A stretch of DNA of 64,000 bases. It comes from Bacilli bacterium (GTDB lineage: Bacteria > Bacillota_I > Bacilli_A > RF39 > UBA660). Below, piece by piece: positions 8,117 to 16,954 of this stretch. The stretch lies in assembly GCA_017397685.1 (NCBI GenBank), contig JAFQID010000029.1:1931-65930 (forward strand). Direction: 5' to 3'. The first letter of the stretch is position 1, and the number at the start of each line of letters is the position of its first letter. A program made the translations under genes and the position numbers. Under the pieces are notes generated by a model, which saw only the letters and a list, made by a program, of their open reading frames with translations, did not search any database and was not told the origin of the DNA.

Positions 8117-8205
8117 AAAAAAAAAACTCACGAGCCCTTATTTTATGGGGCTTTGCGAGGTTATTTACCACAGCATTGTTTATACTTGCGACCACTGCCA
8201 CATGG
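8117..8205 (-). repeat. secA-tail copy A3 (45-mer at 8161-8205) with its terminator
   Basis: Encodes PCGSGRKYKQCCGK*. The hairpin CTCACGAGCCC/GGGGCTTTGCGAG is followed by a 10-nt T-run on the minus strand. Confidence 0.9.
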
Positions 8206-8368
8206 TAAAAAGATTCCTAGTTTTTGATTGCACTTTCGGGCTTTTGAAGGCGTTTGGCAGCCCTTTTTTGCCCTTTTTGGCTTCCAAGAGCACTTGGGAA
8301 TCCTACCGGAAGGTATCTAAAAGGTATCTAAAATTCAAAAATTAGACTTTTTCAAATATTTTTTGTAT
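8206..8368 (-). repeat. T1 element body, copy b
   Basis: Hairpin GGCTTCCAAG-AGCA-CTTGGGAATCC lies at 8279-8303 and tandem GGTATCTAAAA x2 at 8312-8333. Homology with 9770-9836 continues up to the stop of the gene at 8457. Confidence 0.85.
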
Positions 8369-8456
8369 AAGTATTTTTGCATTCTATTTAATCACCGCAA
8401 TGTCTTAATACTCTGATTTAAACAATAAATTGTAATTTATAATAAGATATAACTAT

Positions 8457-9209
8457 TTAATCTATAGTTATTTTAATATCCCCTGTATCGGTGATAATTT
8501 CACATTTTTCATCTGTTATTACTTTTGGAACATCAATATTACCTGTATCGCTTTCAGCAAAAATTACTTTATCAGTAAGTAAGTTCCCTGTAACATTTCC
8601 TGTATCAGTTTTAACGAAAATATCACTAGCATCACTATCTTTAAATTTAACATCTCCTGTATCTGTTTCAATTTTAAATTTTTCTGACGCTATTACATTT
8701 TCCAATAAAATATTTCCAGTATCTGATTCAGAAAATAAATTTTTACATTTAGTATTAACAATTTTTAAATTTCCTGTTAAAGTAGATAAATCAAGCTTAT
8801 TAGCATTTATACTTTTAATACGAATATTCCCTGTATCAGATTCCATAATAAATTCGTCATATTCATTTTTAGATAAATATATGGTTATTTTTGATGTACT
8901 AATACCTATATGTTCATACCATTTTCTATTATCATTAACTTCAACTAATAAAGTGTTCTCTTTTACATTAACTGAGTGTTTTATATTTTTATGTTCTTCA
9001 CAAATAATCAAAGTATTTAAATTTTCAGAAAGTACAAAATCAATATCAGCAGTATCAGTTATAATTTTTATATTTTCAAAAGTTTCTTTAATTTCATATT
9101 CATTGGTTTCTAATTTAACTGTTATTGATAAACTATATAAAACGACACTTGCAACTAATAACAAACAAAATGTTATAGCAATCCAGATAATTGTTTTCTT
9201 CATAATCAA
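8457..9209 (-). CDS. DUF4097/LiaG-like putative adhesin-fold protein with an N-terminal TM helix
   Basis: Repeated (S/T)DTG(N/D)(I/V) beta-strand motifs (SDTGNI, TDTGDV, TDTGNV). RBS GGAGG. The plus-strand ORF 8491-9246 is its shadow. Confidence 0.7.
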   Translation of the reverse strand: MIMKKTIIWIAITFCLLLVASVVLYSLSITVKLETNEYEIKETFENIKIITDTADIDFVLSENLNTLIICEEHKNIKHSVNVKENTLLVEVNDNRKWYEHIGISTSKITIYLSKNEYDEFIMESDTGNIRIKSINANKLDLSTLTGNLKIVNTKCKNLFSESDTGNILLENVIASEKFKIETDTGDVKFKDSDASDIFVKTDTGNVTGNLLTDKVIFAESDTGNIDVPKVITDEKCEIITDTGDIKITID

Positions 9210-9229
9210 TCCTCCATTTCAACAAATTA

Positions 9230-9385
9230 CTATTTATTTAAATTAATAATTGAATAAACCATTAATGCTACTCCAAGACCAAATACTACACATCCATATA
9301 CTTCTGACAAATGGTTTGCAAAAAAACCTATGGTTCCACTTCCTAAAGCACATAATATTGCATATAATAATTTTTTCTTTTTCAT
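9230..9385 (-). CDS. Small membrane protein, 51 aa
   Basis: MKKKKLLYAILCALGSGTIGFFANHLSEVYGCVVFGLGVALMVYSIINLNK. RBS AAGGAG is 9 nt upstream, and an extended -10 TGGTATAAT lies further upstream. It is not in the ORF track because it is under 60 aa. Confidence 0.55.
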   Translation of the reverse strand: MKKKKLLYAILCALGSGTIGFFANHLSEVYGCVVFGLGVALMVYSIINLNK

Positions 9386-9523
9386 ATATCTCAACTCCTT
9401 AACAACTTACTATTTGTCTCTCAGTTCTATTATACCATATTTCAAGGTATATTTTTTATTGTCTTATTAAACACAATATTACTAAATTTCGAACACAGAA
9501 CTAAAACGATTTTTAAACTCGAT

Positions 9524-9697
9524 TGCCAATGTCATTTTGGCAGTCGACAAAATTTAGCCTTTTTTTTATTAACCAAATCTTTGCAATCCTTTATAAATAA
9601 AGGAATTATGGCAATTTTTAGCAATACAAAATTTTTGTATTTTTGCTTCAAAAAAGGGTATCTAGATACCTTTTAAATACTCACCGGAAGGTATTTT
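9524..9697 (-). repeat. T2 element, copy a
   Basis: Contains TGCCAA..TTGGCA, CCTTTATAAATAAAGG, ATACAAAATTTTTGTAT and the perfect palindrome GGTATCTAGATACC (9657-9670). Homologous to 10624-10836, 21489-21660 and 22752-22935. Confidence 0.85.
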
Positions 9698-9788
9698 GGC
9701 TTCCGAGAGCACTCGGGAAACCTAGCAGAAGGTATCTAAAAAAGTATCTAAAATTTAAAAATTAGCATTTTTTGAATATTTTTTGTAT
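9698..9788 (-). repeat. T1 element, partial copy c without a secA tail
   Basis: Carries GGCTTCCGAGAGCACTCGGGAAACC, then GGTATCTAAAAAAGTATCTAAAA, then the tail AAAAATTAGCATTTTTTGAATATTTTTTGTAT. Confidence 0.85.
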
Positions 9789-9836
9789 ACAAATTTTTTA
9801 TACCTATTTAGTAATCATAATATCTTAATATAACGA

Positions 9837-10430
9837 TCATTTATCTTCTACTGGTTTAGCTTCACTTCTTTCACAAGTTCCACCACTATTTTTTACATAG
9901 GCATCAATAACATCTAATACTTGATATGCATCTCCATACTTTTCTAAACCAGTTATATTTGCTAAATATCCATCTCCACCTGCTTCTTTAATTTCTCCTG
10001 TTGTTTCATAGTAGTTAAATTCATACCCATATGTTTTATCATGTAAAGTACAATTAATTGAAACATTCATTAATCTTCCAGAATTATTTTCATGAATATT
10101 TTTAAAAATAATTCGTAGCGCAATTAGAAGAATTGGTGCAACTATTATAAAGATAACCATAAATTTAATTAGTTTTAAAATTAAACCAGCTAGTTTTTCT
10201 GTATTAGATGTTTTTTCAACTAGAATATTTTTAATATCATTATCAGTTAATTCATCTAAACTTACATTAAATATTTTAGATAATTCTTTTGATTGTTTTA
10301 AATCTGGTGATGTTTCTCCTAATTCCCACTTTGAAATAGTTTGTCTTGCTACACCTACTTTTTCAGCAAGTTCTTCTTGAGAAAGACCATTTTTCTTTCT
10401 TAAGTCCATAATCTTTTTTCCAATTTCCAT
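9837..10430 (-). CDS. XRE-family HTH regulator with a TM helix and a C-terminal domain
   Basis: The HTH reads LRKKNGLSQEELAEKVGVARQTISKWELGETSPD. ATG at 10430 follows RBS GAAGGGA; the track start is 10454. Confidence 0.8.
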   Translation of the reverse strand: MEIGKKIMDLRKKNGLSQEELAEKVGVARQTISKWELGETSPDLKQSKELSKIFNVSLDELTDNDIKNILVEKTSNTEKLAGLILKLIKFMVIFIIVAPILLIALRIIFKNIHENNSGRLMNVSINCTLHDKTYGYEFNYYETTGEIKEAGGDGYLANITGLEKYGDAYQVLDVIDAYVKNSGGTCERSEAKPVEDK

Positions 10431-10623
10431 AATCATCCCTTCTTTCAAATACAATCATATGATATTTAAAATCTATTCTCTACCAATTTTAACTGGAATA
10501 CTCGCCCGTTTTTATAACATTTAAGCTACATATCTATTTTACCATAGAAATTGCAGATTTTTCACATTTGCTATTTAATCGTAAGATTACTATATTACGA
10601 TTAAAGTATTAATACTTATTTTT

Positions 10624-10836
10624 TTAACTCAATCACCAATACCGTTTTGGCACTGAACACAATTTTATCTCTTTTTTTAAAACAAATCTCTGCAAAGCCT
10701 TATAAATAAAGGAAACACCGTATTTCTTCACCATACAAAATTTTTGTATTTTTACCCCATTTTTGGGTATTTAGATACCTTTTAGATACTCAGTGGAAGG
10801 TATCCAGAAAGGTATCAAAAGTATTTTGCAAAGTTT
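10624..10836 (-). repeat. T2 element, copy b
   Basis: Same module order as the other T2 copies, with the near-palindrome GGTATTTAGATACC at 10766-10779. It lies directly 3' (minus sense) of secA-tail copy A4, just as T2-d follows the real secA. Confidence 0.85.
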
Positions 10837-10845
10837 TTGAAAATT

Positions 10846-10919
10846 AAAAAACCCCTAATTTTATGGGGTTTTAGCTATTTACCACAACATTGTTTATATT
10901 TTTTACCACTGCCACATGT
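10846..10919 (-). repeat. secA-tail copy A4 (45-mer at 10875-10919) with its terminator
   Basis: Encodes TCGSGKKYKQCCGK with a TAG stop. The hairpin is CCCC-TAATTTTA-TGGGG plus a T-run. Confidence 0.85.
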
Positions 10920-10933
10920 TAATAACAATCTAG

Positions 10934-11028
10934 TATATATAGTATTATGCGATATATATAGTATTATACGTTTTCCTAGGTATTACAAGATCTGGGATGA
11001 TTTGGTATATATAGTACATATAGTATTA
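10934..11028 (-). repeat. Direct repeats TATATATAGTATTAT, three copies
   Basis: Copies lie at 10934-10948, 10953-10967 and (with a 9-nt insertion) 11005-11028. Confidence 0.8.
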
Positions 11029-11053
11029 TAAGTACTATGTGTTCACGAGCGTT

Positions 11054-11075
11054 TGCACACAAATTGCACACATTA
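11054..11075 (-). repeat. Iteron pair, TGCACACA family
   Basis: TGCACACAAAT TGCACACATTA. It matches the cluster at 14860-14905. Confidence 0.8.
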
Positions 11076-11142
11076 TATCATCAGCATTCGTCTCTAAATA
11101 CATTATATCATGTTTTTATATATATTCATATTATTATCATCA

Positions 11143-11757
11143 TTATGATAAAGATAATCTTTTTATACTTTGTTTTAAATAAGTATTTTTGTACCATTCA
11201 GCAAATAATTCAGTTGCAGATGTATGTCCATCATTTCTATTCTTTCTTTCTTCATCAGACATTTCAGCTAAAGTTTTATCACAATTATCTGGTACAAATA
11301 CATACCATAAGTTAGATTTTGCTCTTTTTATTGAATCTCCTCTTTTACTGTATGCTAATGTTCCACTACTTACTCCATAAAAAGTATAAAAATCATTACC
11401 ATCATAAAAAGTTAAACAATCAATAAATTTGCAGGTTCTATTAGTCTCATCCTTCATTGTTTCAAGTAATCCTTCTATATCTGAACTTATTCCACTTCTC
11501 TTAACAAATGCTCCAGGATATCCAGGATTATTTGGATAATTATCTATATAAAATCCTGTATCAGCTACAAAACAAGGTGTTTGTAAAATGTTATATGCAT
11601 CCAATGCTTTTTTTCTTGATATTTTTTCAATATCATTTATTTCAATTTCTTCAAAGTCATATTCATAAAAGTCTATACCTATATTTTTTTCTTCAAAATA
11701 TTCTTTAACTGAAACATATTTACCATAATTTCCAGTTACATAAATTATATTTTTCAT
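11143..11757 (-). CDS. Ham1/RdgB-like non-canonical NTP pyrophosphatase, divergent
   Basis: VTGNYGKYVSVKEYF, ADTGFYIDNYPNNPGYPGAFVKR and a KNRNDGHTSA tail resemble the ITPase motifs (TGNxxK, DDSGL..PG.YSAR, KN.ISHR). Confidence 0.55.
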   Translation of the reverse strand: MKNIIYVTGNYGKYVSVKEYFEEKNIGIDFYEYDFEEIEINDIEKISRKKALDAYNILQTPCFVADTGFYIDNYPNNPGYPGAFVKRSGISSDIEGLLETMKDETNRTCKFIDCLTFYDGNDFYTFYGVSSGTLAYSKRGDSIKRAKSNLWYVFVPDNCDKTLAEMSDEERKNRNDGHTSATELFAEWYKNTYLKQSIKRLSLS

Positions 11758-11758
11758 T

Positions 11759-12679
11759 TTACATCTCTCCTCTAAAATTATATAGTTTTTTTACTAGTTT
11801 TGGATTGTATTCTGGTTGAGTTAAATCAATACCTTTATCATCAGCAATTTTCTTAGATAAAAAGTACATTTGTAACATAAGATAATACTCTTTCCAAAAA
11901 TAGTCTTCTTTTATATTTTCTGTATCAAAAATAGATAGATTGGAATATTCTTTATTTATTAATTCAATTAATATATTATCTAGTTCTCTTCTTTGATGAC
12001 ATAAATAGATAACATGACTATCAGGATACTGAAATAACAAATTGCTTCTTCCATGACAATATGAACCTTTATCGTGCATAACTGGTGCTGCTAATCCAGT
12101 TTCAACTAAATTAGATTCTAAAACACCACTAGATGTTTTTGTTTCATAACCACTCATTATTTGAATTAAAGACACATCTTTGAAATTAACTGTTATTTTA
12201 TCTATTTTCTCTCTACTTCTATTTAGTAATTCTTTTATCTTATCATTTATTTTTTTTATTTCATCAGATGCTATTTCCGTATTTAATGAAGTAGTTGCAT
12301 CTAACATTAATGTTATTGGTCCAAAACTAGACGCTAATGAAATAAAACTCTTTTCTATTTGATATTTTTCATTACCCCAAGAAACAACTTGATAACCTAC
12401 TTCTTGATTATTTTGAGTAATTAAAAATTTAGTACCATTAAAATCATCCAACACATCTTTAATACCATTTGTATTTCCACTTGTAGAAATTGCTATTAAA
12501 TTTGAAAATTTATTTCTATTAGTCTTATAAAAATAATCTCTTGGTTCTATCACTTCACAAATAATTCCATCGATTCCTAATCTTTCTATAATTAATTGTA
12601 AATAATATGCAACGACTTTTGATCCTCCTGTTGCAATTATTAATGTTGGATTTTTATCAATTGTTAATTGATATAACAT
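11759..12679 (-). CDS. SIS-domain-like protein; the 5' end probably extends to about 12787 with a non-ATG start
   Basis: IATGGSKVVAYYL and IAISTSGNTNG resemble the SIS motifs. The frame stays open upstream to RBS AAGGAGG (12798-12804), with ATA/ATT codons 7-13 nt after it. Confidence 0.45.
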   Translation of the reverse strand: MLYQLTIDKNPTLIIATGGSKVVAYYLQLIIERLGIDGIICEVIEPRDYFYKTNRNKFSNLIAISTSGNTNGIKDVLDDFNGTKFLITQNNQEVGYQVVSWGNEKYQIEKSFISLASSFGPITLMLDATTSLNTEIASDEIKKINDKIKELLNRSREKIDKITVNFKDVSLIQIMSGYETKTSSGVLESNLVETGLAAPVMHDKGSYCHGRSNLLFQYPDSHVIYLCHQRRELDNILIELINKEYSNLSIFDTENIKEDYFWKEYYLMLQMYFLSKKIADDKGIDLTQPEYNPKLVKKLYNFRGEM

Positions 12680-12843
12680 TTTTCTAATATCATTAGCTTT
12701 ATTTAATAATGGATCATTTATACTTAATATTCTTTTTTCTAATTTTGAAAAATTTATTTCTGATGGTTCTGTATGTGTATGTTTAATTATTATAAAACCT
12801 CCTTCTTAATTAAATCTTAACAAAGAAAGAGGTAATATATATG

Positions 12844-13326
12844 TCAGTTATAAAAATTTTCTAATATTTCTATTGATTTTATTCTATTTATATAAAAATG
12901 TCTTATTTCATCTTTTAGTTCACAATAAGCTGCTACTCCCCATTCATTACCCAAAAGAATTAAATCATAAGGATGAATAGTTCTACTTGTAAGTTTTTCT
13001 TCATTTTTAGAATAATACTCTATTAAACATTTTCTTTTTTCTTTAATCGCCCTATTTATTAGATTAAATAAATTTTTATCTTTTACATTTATTTCATTTG
13101 GTGTAATAAACCTTTTTGGAACACTTACATTTTGATTTAAAACATATCCACCATAAGGTCCTTTGATAGTATCTATATAAATACCTGCCTTTTCTATTTC
13201 ATCTTTATATACTCTAATCATCCTAGGAGTAACTTCTAATTTTTCAGACAATTCAGCAATACTATATTTTCTTCCTGTACTTAAATACTCAATCATAGTA
13301 AGTACATTACTAATTTTAGACATCAT
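12844..13326 (-). CDS. Short HTH-WYL transcriptional regulator
   Basis: The N-terminal winged HTH reads YSIAELSEKLEVTPRMIRVYKDEIEKAG. The C-terminal WYL-like domain reads RTIHPYDLILLGNEWGVAAYCELKDEIRHFYINRI. Confidence 0.7.
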   Translation of the reverse strand: MMSKISNVLTMIEYLSTGRKYSIAELSEKLEVTPRMIRVYKDEIEKAGIYIDTIKGPYGGYVLNQNVSVPKRFITPNEINVKDKNLFNLINRAIKEKRKCLIEYYSKNEEKLTSRTIHPYDLILLGNEWGVAAYCELKDEIRHFYINRIKSIEILENFYN

Positions 13327-13409
13327 ATCACCACCAATGTATCAATCTTATATCATATATATTTATACTAATTATATTACTAAAATCTATTATTTATAAT
13401 ATCATTCAA

Positions 13410-14705
13410 TTATCTATTTTTCGTTCCCATCATTGCATATAAAATTTTTTCAATATCAGATGATGAAGTCTCTCCTTTTATTAAACCAGTATCAGCGCTT
13501 GAGAACAATAATGCCAGTATTTTATTATTTACTTCTTCATCAGTTAAATTGCCATTATTTATTAAAGATAGATAGAAATAAGTTAATGCATACTTTTGTT
13601 TATATTCAGTTTCTAAATGTTTAGATGACATTAAAAGCTTTACAAAAATTCTCAAGAAATATAATGCAATTGAAATTATAGAAATAATTATAAATCCAGC
13701 TGGAATATTAATATTATTATTAAATATAGTAATTTCTAAAATTGTTTTATCTCCAAATTCAATTTTAGGACTTATGATTAGATACAATAAAATAATTATA
13801 AATATAACTATACCGCCTACTATAAAGCTATATTTTTTTACTTCTGCCTTATATTTATTAGCCTCGTTTTGCATATGTTCTGCCGGTTTAATAACTTTTA
13901 ATTTTTCCTCATATGTTTTTTCTATGTTTTGTAATCTTCTTTCAGCATCTTCTTCAAAACTATCAAATCTAACTTTAGCATCATTGCTAAAGTTACTATA
14001 ATCAGTTCTTACTTTTTCAAACCAATCCCTTTCTGCTTTTTTTACTTCTGACATATATTCTATGTATTCTTGTTTTTCATTTTCAATAGCAGTTATTGCT
14101 GTTGAATAAGCATTATTTATTTTGTCTATCTCTGTTTTAGATACTGATTTTCTAGTTAATGATTTATAATCATTTTCTCCAATCCTAAATCCCAAATAAG
14201 AAAATGCAACTTCACGTTCAATTTCATCACTACTGTTTATAGTTGATGTCAAATTAGAATTACTAGTTAATAAATTTATATAAATTTCTATACCTCTAAT
14301 ATCATATTTATCATATATATATTTTAATACTGTAAAAGATTTATATGACTTATTTTCATTTAAGCTATCTATAAAAATAAAATTTAATTTTTTACTATTA
14401 TTATAATCTAATCCTAGTTTATTTCGAATATTACTTTCAATATTTCTTTTTAAAGTATCTTCATCTTCTAATTCCATTAGTGAAGTAATCCAAGATTCTA
14501 TTTTTGTTATTTCAGCATTTATATAATTAGCATATGGTTCTATTTTATCTTTATATAATAATAAATTACTTTTAAAAAATGTTTTTAATTCAGTTAGATT
14601 ATTAAACTTTTTTGTTTTATTCAATTTATCTTTCAATATAATATTATTTTTTAAAATATGATTACTTATATTATTTTCAATATCAATCTTCTTCATTTCA
14701 ATCAA
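13410..14705 (-). CDS. Coiled-coil protein with two C-terminal TM helices, unknown function
   Basis: 431 aa. The N-terminal 290 aa are Lys/Glu-rich and helical. TM segments are FIVGGIVIFIIILLYLII and AGFIIISIISIALYFL. The start is TTG at 14705 or ATG at 14696. Confidence 0.6.
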   Translation of the reverse strand: MIEMKKIDIENNISNHILKNNIILKDKLNKTKKFNNLTELKTFFKSNLLLYKDKIEPYANYINAEITKIESWITSLMELEDEDTLKRNIESNIRNKLGLDYNNSKKLNFIFIDSLNENKSYKSFTVLKYIYDKYDIRGIEIYINLLTSNSNLTSTINSSDEIEREVAFSYLGFRIGENDYKSLTRKSVSKTEIDKINNAYSTAITAIENEKQEYIEYMSEVKKAERDWFEKVRTDYSNFSNDAKVRFDSFEEDAERRLQNIEKTYEEKLKVIKPAEHMQNEANKYKAEVKKYSFIVGGIVIFIIILLYLIISPKIEFGDKTILEITIFNNNINIPAGFIIISIISIALYFLRIFVKLLMSSKHLETEYKQKYALTYFYLSLINNGNLTDEEVNNKILALLFSSADTGLIKGETSSSDIEKILYAMMGTKNR

Positions 14706-14859
14706 AACTCCCTGCTTATTTTAAATTCGCTCAATTAATACTGATTATTATATCATAAAATAAAAACATTTCATATATAATACAAAAAAATATGTACTAA
14801 TGCTGACTTTTCTTTGTTTACATAACTAAAATCCTTTGTTTATAAGGGTAAATATAAAA

Positions 14860-14905
14860 TGTGTGCATAAATTTTTATATCATGCACACATTTTGCACAC
14901 AAATT
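14860..14905 (-). repeat. TGCACACA-family inverted and direct repeats
   Basis: TGTGTGCAT (14860-14868) and ATGCACACA (14882-14890) form an inverted repeat. The tandem TGCACACATTTT GCACACAAATT lies at 14883-14905. Confidence 0.8.
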
Positions 14906-14954
14906 AGCGTTTTTGGACAAAAATTGACCATTTTTATGAATTTTTTAATTTTTC

Positions 14955-15034
14955 AAAATCTCGCAAGCCCTTATTTTATGGACTTTCAGCTATTTACCAC
15001 AACATTGTTTGTATTTCTTGCCGGACCCACATGG
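14955..15034 (-). repeat. secA-tail copy A5 (45-mer at 14990-15034) with a degenerate terminator
   Basis: CCATGTGGGTCCGGCAAGAAATACAAACAATGTTGTGGTAAATAG encodes PCGSGKKYKQCCGK*. Ser is recoded AGT to TCC. An in-frame stop lies 13 codons upstream and there is no start. Confidence 0.9.
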
Positions 15035-15140
15035 CGGCGCAGTTTGGCAACCTCGAGATGCCTTGAGTCGTTAAATTCCTTTAAAACTCGTTAAAATTGT
15101 TTAATTTTAATCTCGAGACACCTCGGCAATGCCAGCAGAA

Positions 15141-15162
15141 CTTATCTAAAAACTTATCTAAT
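15141..15162 (-). repeat. Iteron pair, TTATCT family
   Basis: CTTATCTAAAAA CTTATCTAAT. It overlaps the pepF stop codon. Confidence 0.85.
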
Positions 15163-16842
15163 TTTATATTTCAATAATTTTTTTTCTAACATTTTAGATA
15201 AACATTTTATACTTTCTTCATCAAATGGATTATACATATTATATTTTTCAATAATACTTTTAAATGGATAATATGAAGCTATTGAGCCAATATTTTCAAA
15301 CATATTCATATCTTTTTCACACCCATCAAAAATAGCAAATGCTCCGAAATAAGATAACGCATAATCAATGTAATAAAATGGATCTAACATTATATGACTT
15401 TGTCTATAAAAATATCCCCCTGTTTCTAAATTTATGTGACCTTGATTATTTTTATCAAATTTATACTTTTTCGATAATTCTAACCATGTTATTCTTAAAT
15501 CCTCTTTTTTTAAATTTTTATTTGAGTATATTTGTTCTTGGAATTCATCAACCAAGCAAACATAAGGAATCACACTTACTAAATTATATATTTTCATAAA
15601 ACAATATTTTTTATAATCTTCTGCAGAAAACAAACTATCAGAATAATTCATACAAATAAGTTCCATTGCATATGAAAACATTTCTGCAATATCAAAAGTT
15701 GGATATTTTAATAACGAAGAAACTACATAATTTTTATCTTTAATTCCAGCATGATATTTTTGATATGCGTGTCCAAATTCATGAGAAACTGTTTGTATAT
15801 CTAAATAAGAATTTTTAAAATTACCAGTTATAACAGGCATAGCAGATTCAGTCAAATAATTAGTAATAGCAAAATTAACTTTATTATCTCTTGTTTCTAA
15901 ATCAATGTATCCATTTTCTAACATTTCTATATAAAATTTATATAGATCACTATCTATTTTTTTTAAAGTTTCTCCAAATTTAACCAATAATGCTTTTCCG
16001 TTAAATAATATTACAGGCATTTCTTTAAAATAAATAGTATCAAAATATTCAATATTTTCTATATCTAATTCTTGGTTTTTCCATTCATTTAGTTTCTTAC
16101 ATAAAGGAACTAGGTATCTTATGACACCATTTCTAAAATTAGATATATCTAAATAATTGTATCCAAATCTTCTTAATTTATACAAACTATATATTGAATA
16201 ATTTTCAAACCCTAGTTTACTAGCTATTTCATTTCTAACATTAACTAAATTAAATAAAATTTCATCTAATTCTGCTTGATTATTATAATAAAAATCGTTA
16301 ACAGCATCATGTGCTCGTTTTCTTACAGTTCTATCCTTATCAGAAAAAAATCCACTAACATAAGCCAAATTTCTTTCTTCACCATCAAATAATATTTTTT
16401 CTCTTATTATTTTTCTATATTCTGTTTTTAAATCACTTTCTACTTTTTGTAACTCTATTATTTTATCAGAAGTTATTCTTACTTGAAGTTCAATTGTGTT
16501 GAAAAAATTTTCTGGCACAATTTCCTTTAATTGTTCTTTAAATCTTGAATCTATACACAATTTATAAAAAGGTTTAAATAACAAATCAAATTTGGGCTTG
16601 TATTCATTCCAAAAAATTATTTCATGTTCAAAATACTCATCATTAGAATCTCTCATATTTCTTATATCAGCATAGTCATACATTTCTTCTATATGATTTT
16701 GAATTTTTATAATTTCCTTAAAAGTTGAAAGATATTTTTCATATGTTTGAGCAGTTTCTAATCTTGTTATTAATAAATTTAATTTTTCTTCTATAACTTC
16801 ATAATTTGGTCTAATATATTTTATTTGATCAAATTTAATCAT
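15154..16842 (-). CDS. pepF: Oligoendopeptidase F (M3B family)
   Basis: Zinc motif HEFGHAYQ in a roughly 560-aa protein. ATG at 16842 follows RBS GAAGGTGG; the track start at 16851 is GTG. Confidence 0.85.
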   Translation of the reverse strand: MIKFDQIKYIRPNYEVIEEKLNLLITRLETAQTYEKYLSTFKEIIKIQNHIEEMYDYADIRNMRDSNDEYFEHEIIFWNEYKPKFDLLFKPFYKLCIDSRFKEQLKEIVPENFFNTIELQVRITSDKIIELQKVESDLKTEYRKIIREKILFDGEERNLAYVSGFFSDKDRTVRKRAHDAVNDFYYNNQAELDEILFNLVNVRNEIASKLGFENYSIYSLYKLRRFGYNYLDISNFRNGVIRYLVPLCKKLNEWKNQELDIENIEYFDTIYFKEMPVILFNGKALLVKFGETLKKIDSDLYKFYIEMLENGYIDLETRDNKVNFAITNYLTESAMPVITGNFKNSYLDIQTVSHEFGHAYQKYHAGIKDKNYVVSSLLKYPTFDIAEMFSYAMELICMNYSDSLFSAEDYKKYCFMKIYNLVSVIPYVCLVDEFQEQIYSNKNLKKEDLRITWLELSKKYKFDKNNQGHINLETGGYFYRQSHIMLDPFYYIDYALSYFGAFAIFDGCEKDMNMFENIGSIASYYPFKSIIEKYNMYNPFDEESIKCLSKMLEKKLLKYKIR

Positions 16843-16954
16843 TAATACCACCTTCTTTATTATTATATCATATACCTGACCAGAACTATGCTGGGAATGG
16901 TCAATTTTCTATTTTTCTTTTATTTATAGGTATTTCAGAGTACTTATTAAATTT

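Noticed and set aside
8491-9246. Long shadow ORFs opposite real genes (8491-9246 +, 48487-48924 -, 50259-50711 -, 57527-57793 -, 57845-58120 -, 63466-63954 -, 3124-3345 -, 35835-36068 -, 37857-38081 -, 52156-52368 -)
   Set aside because: Each is antisense to, or out of frame within, a gene with clear family motifs or membrane topology. They are typical AT-rich shadow frames rich in Ile, Phe and Leu.
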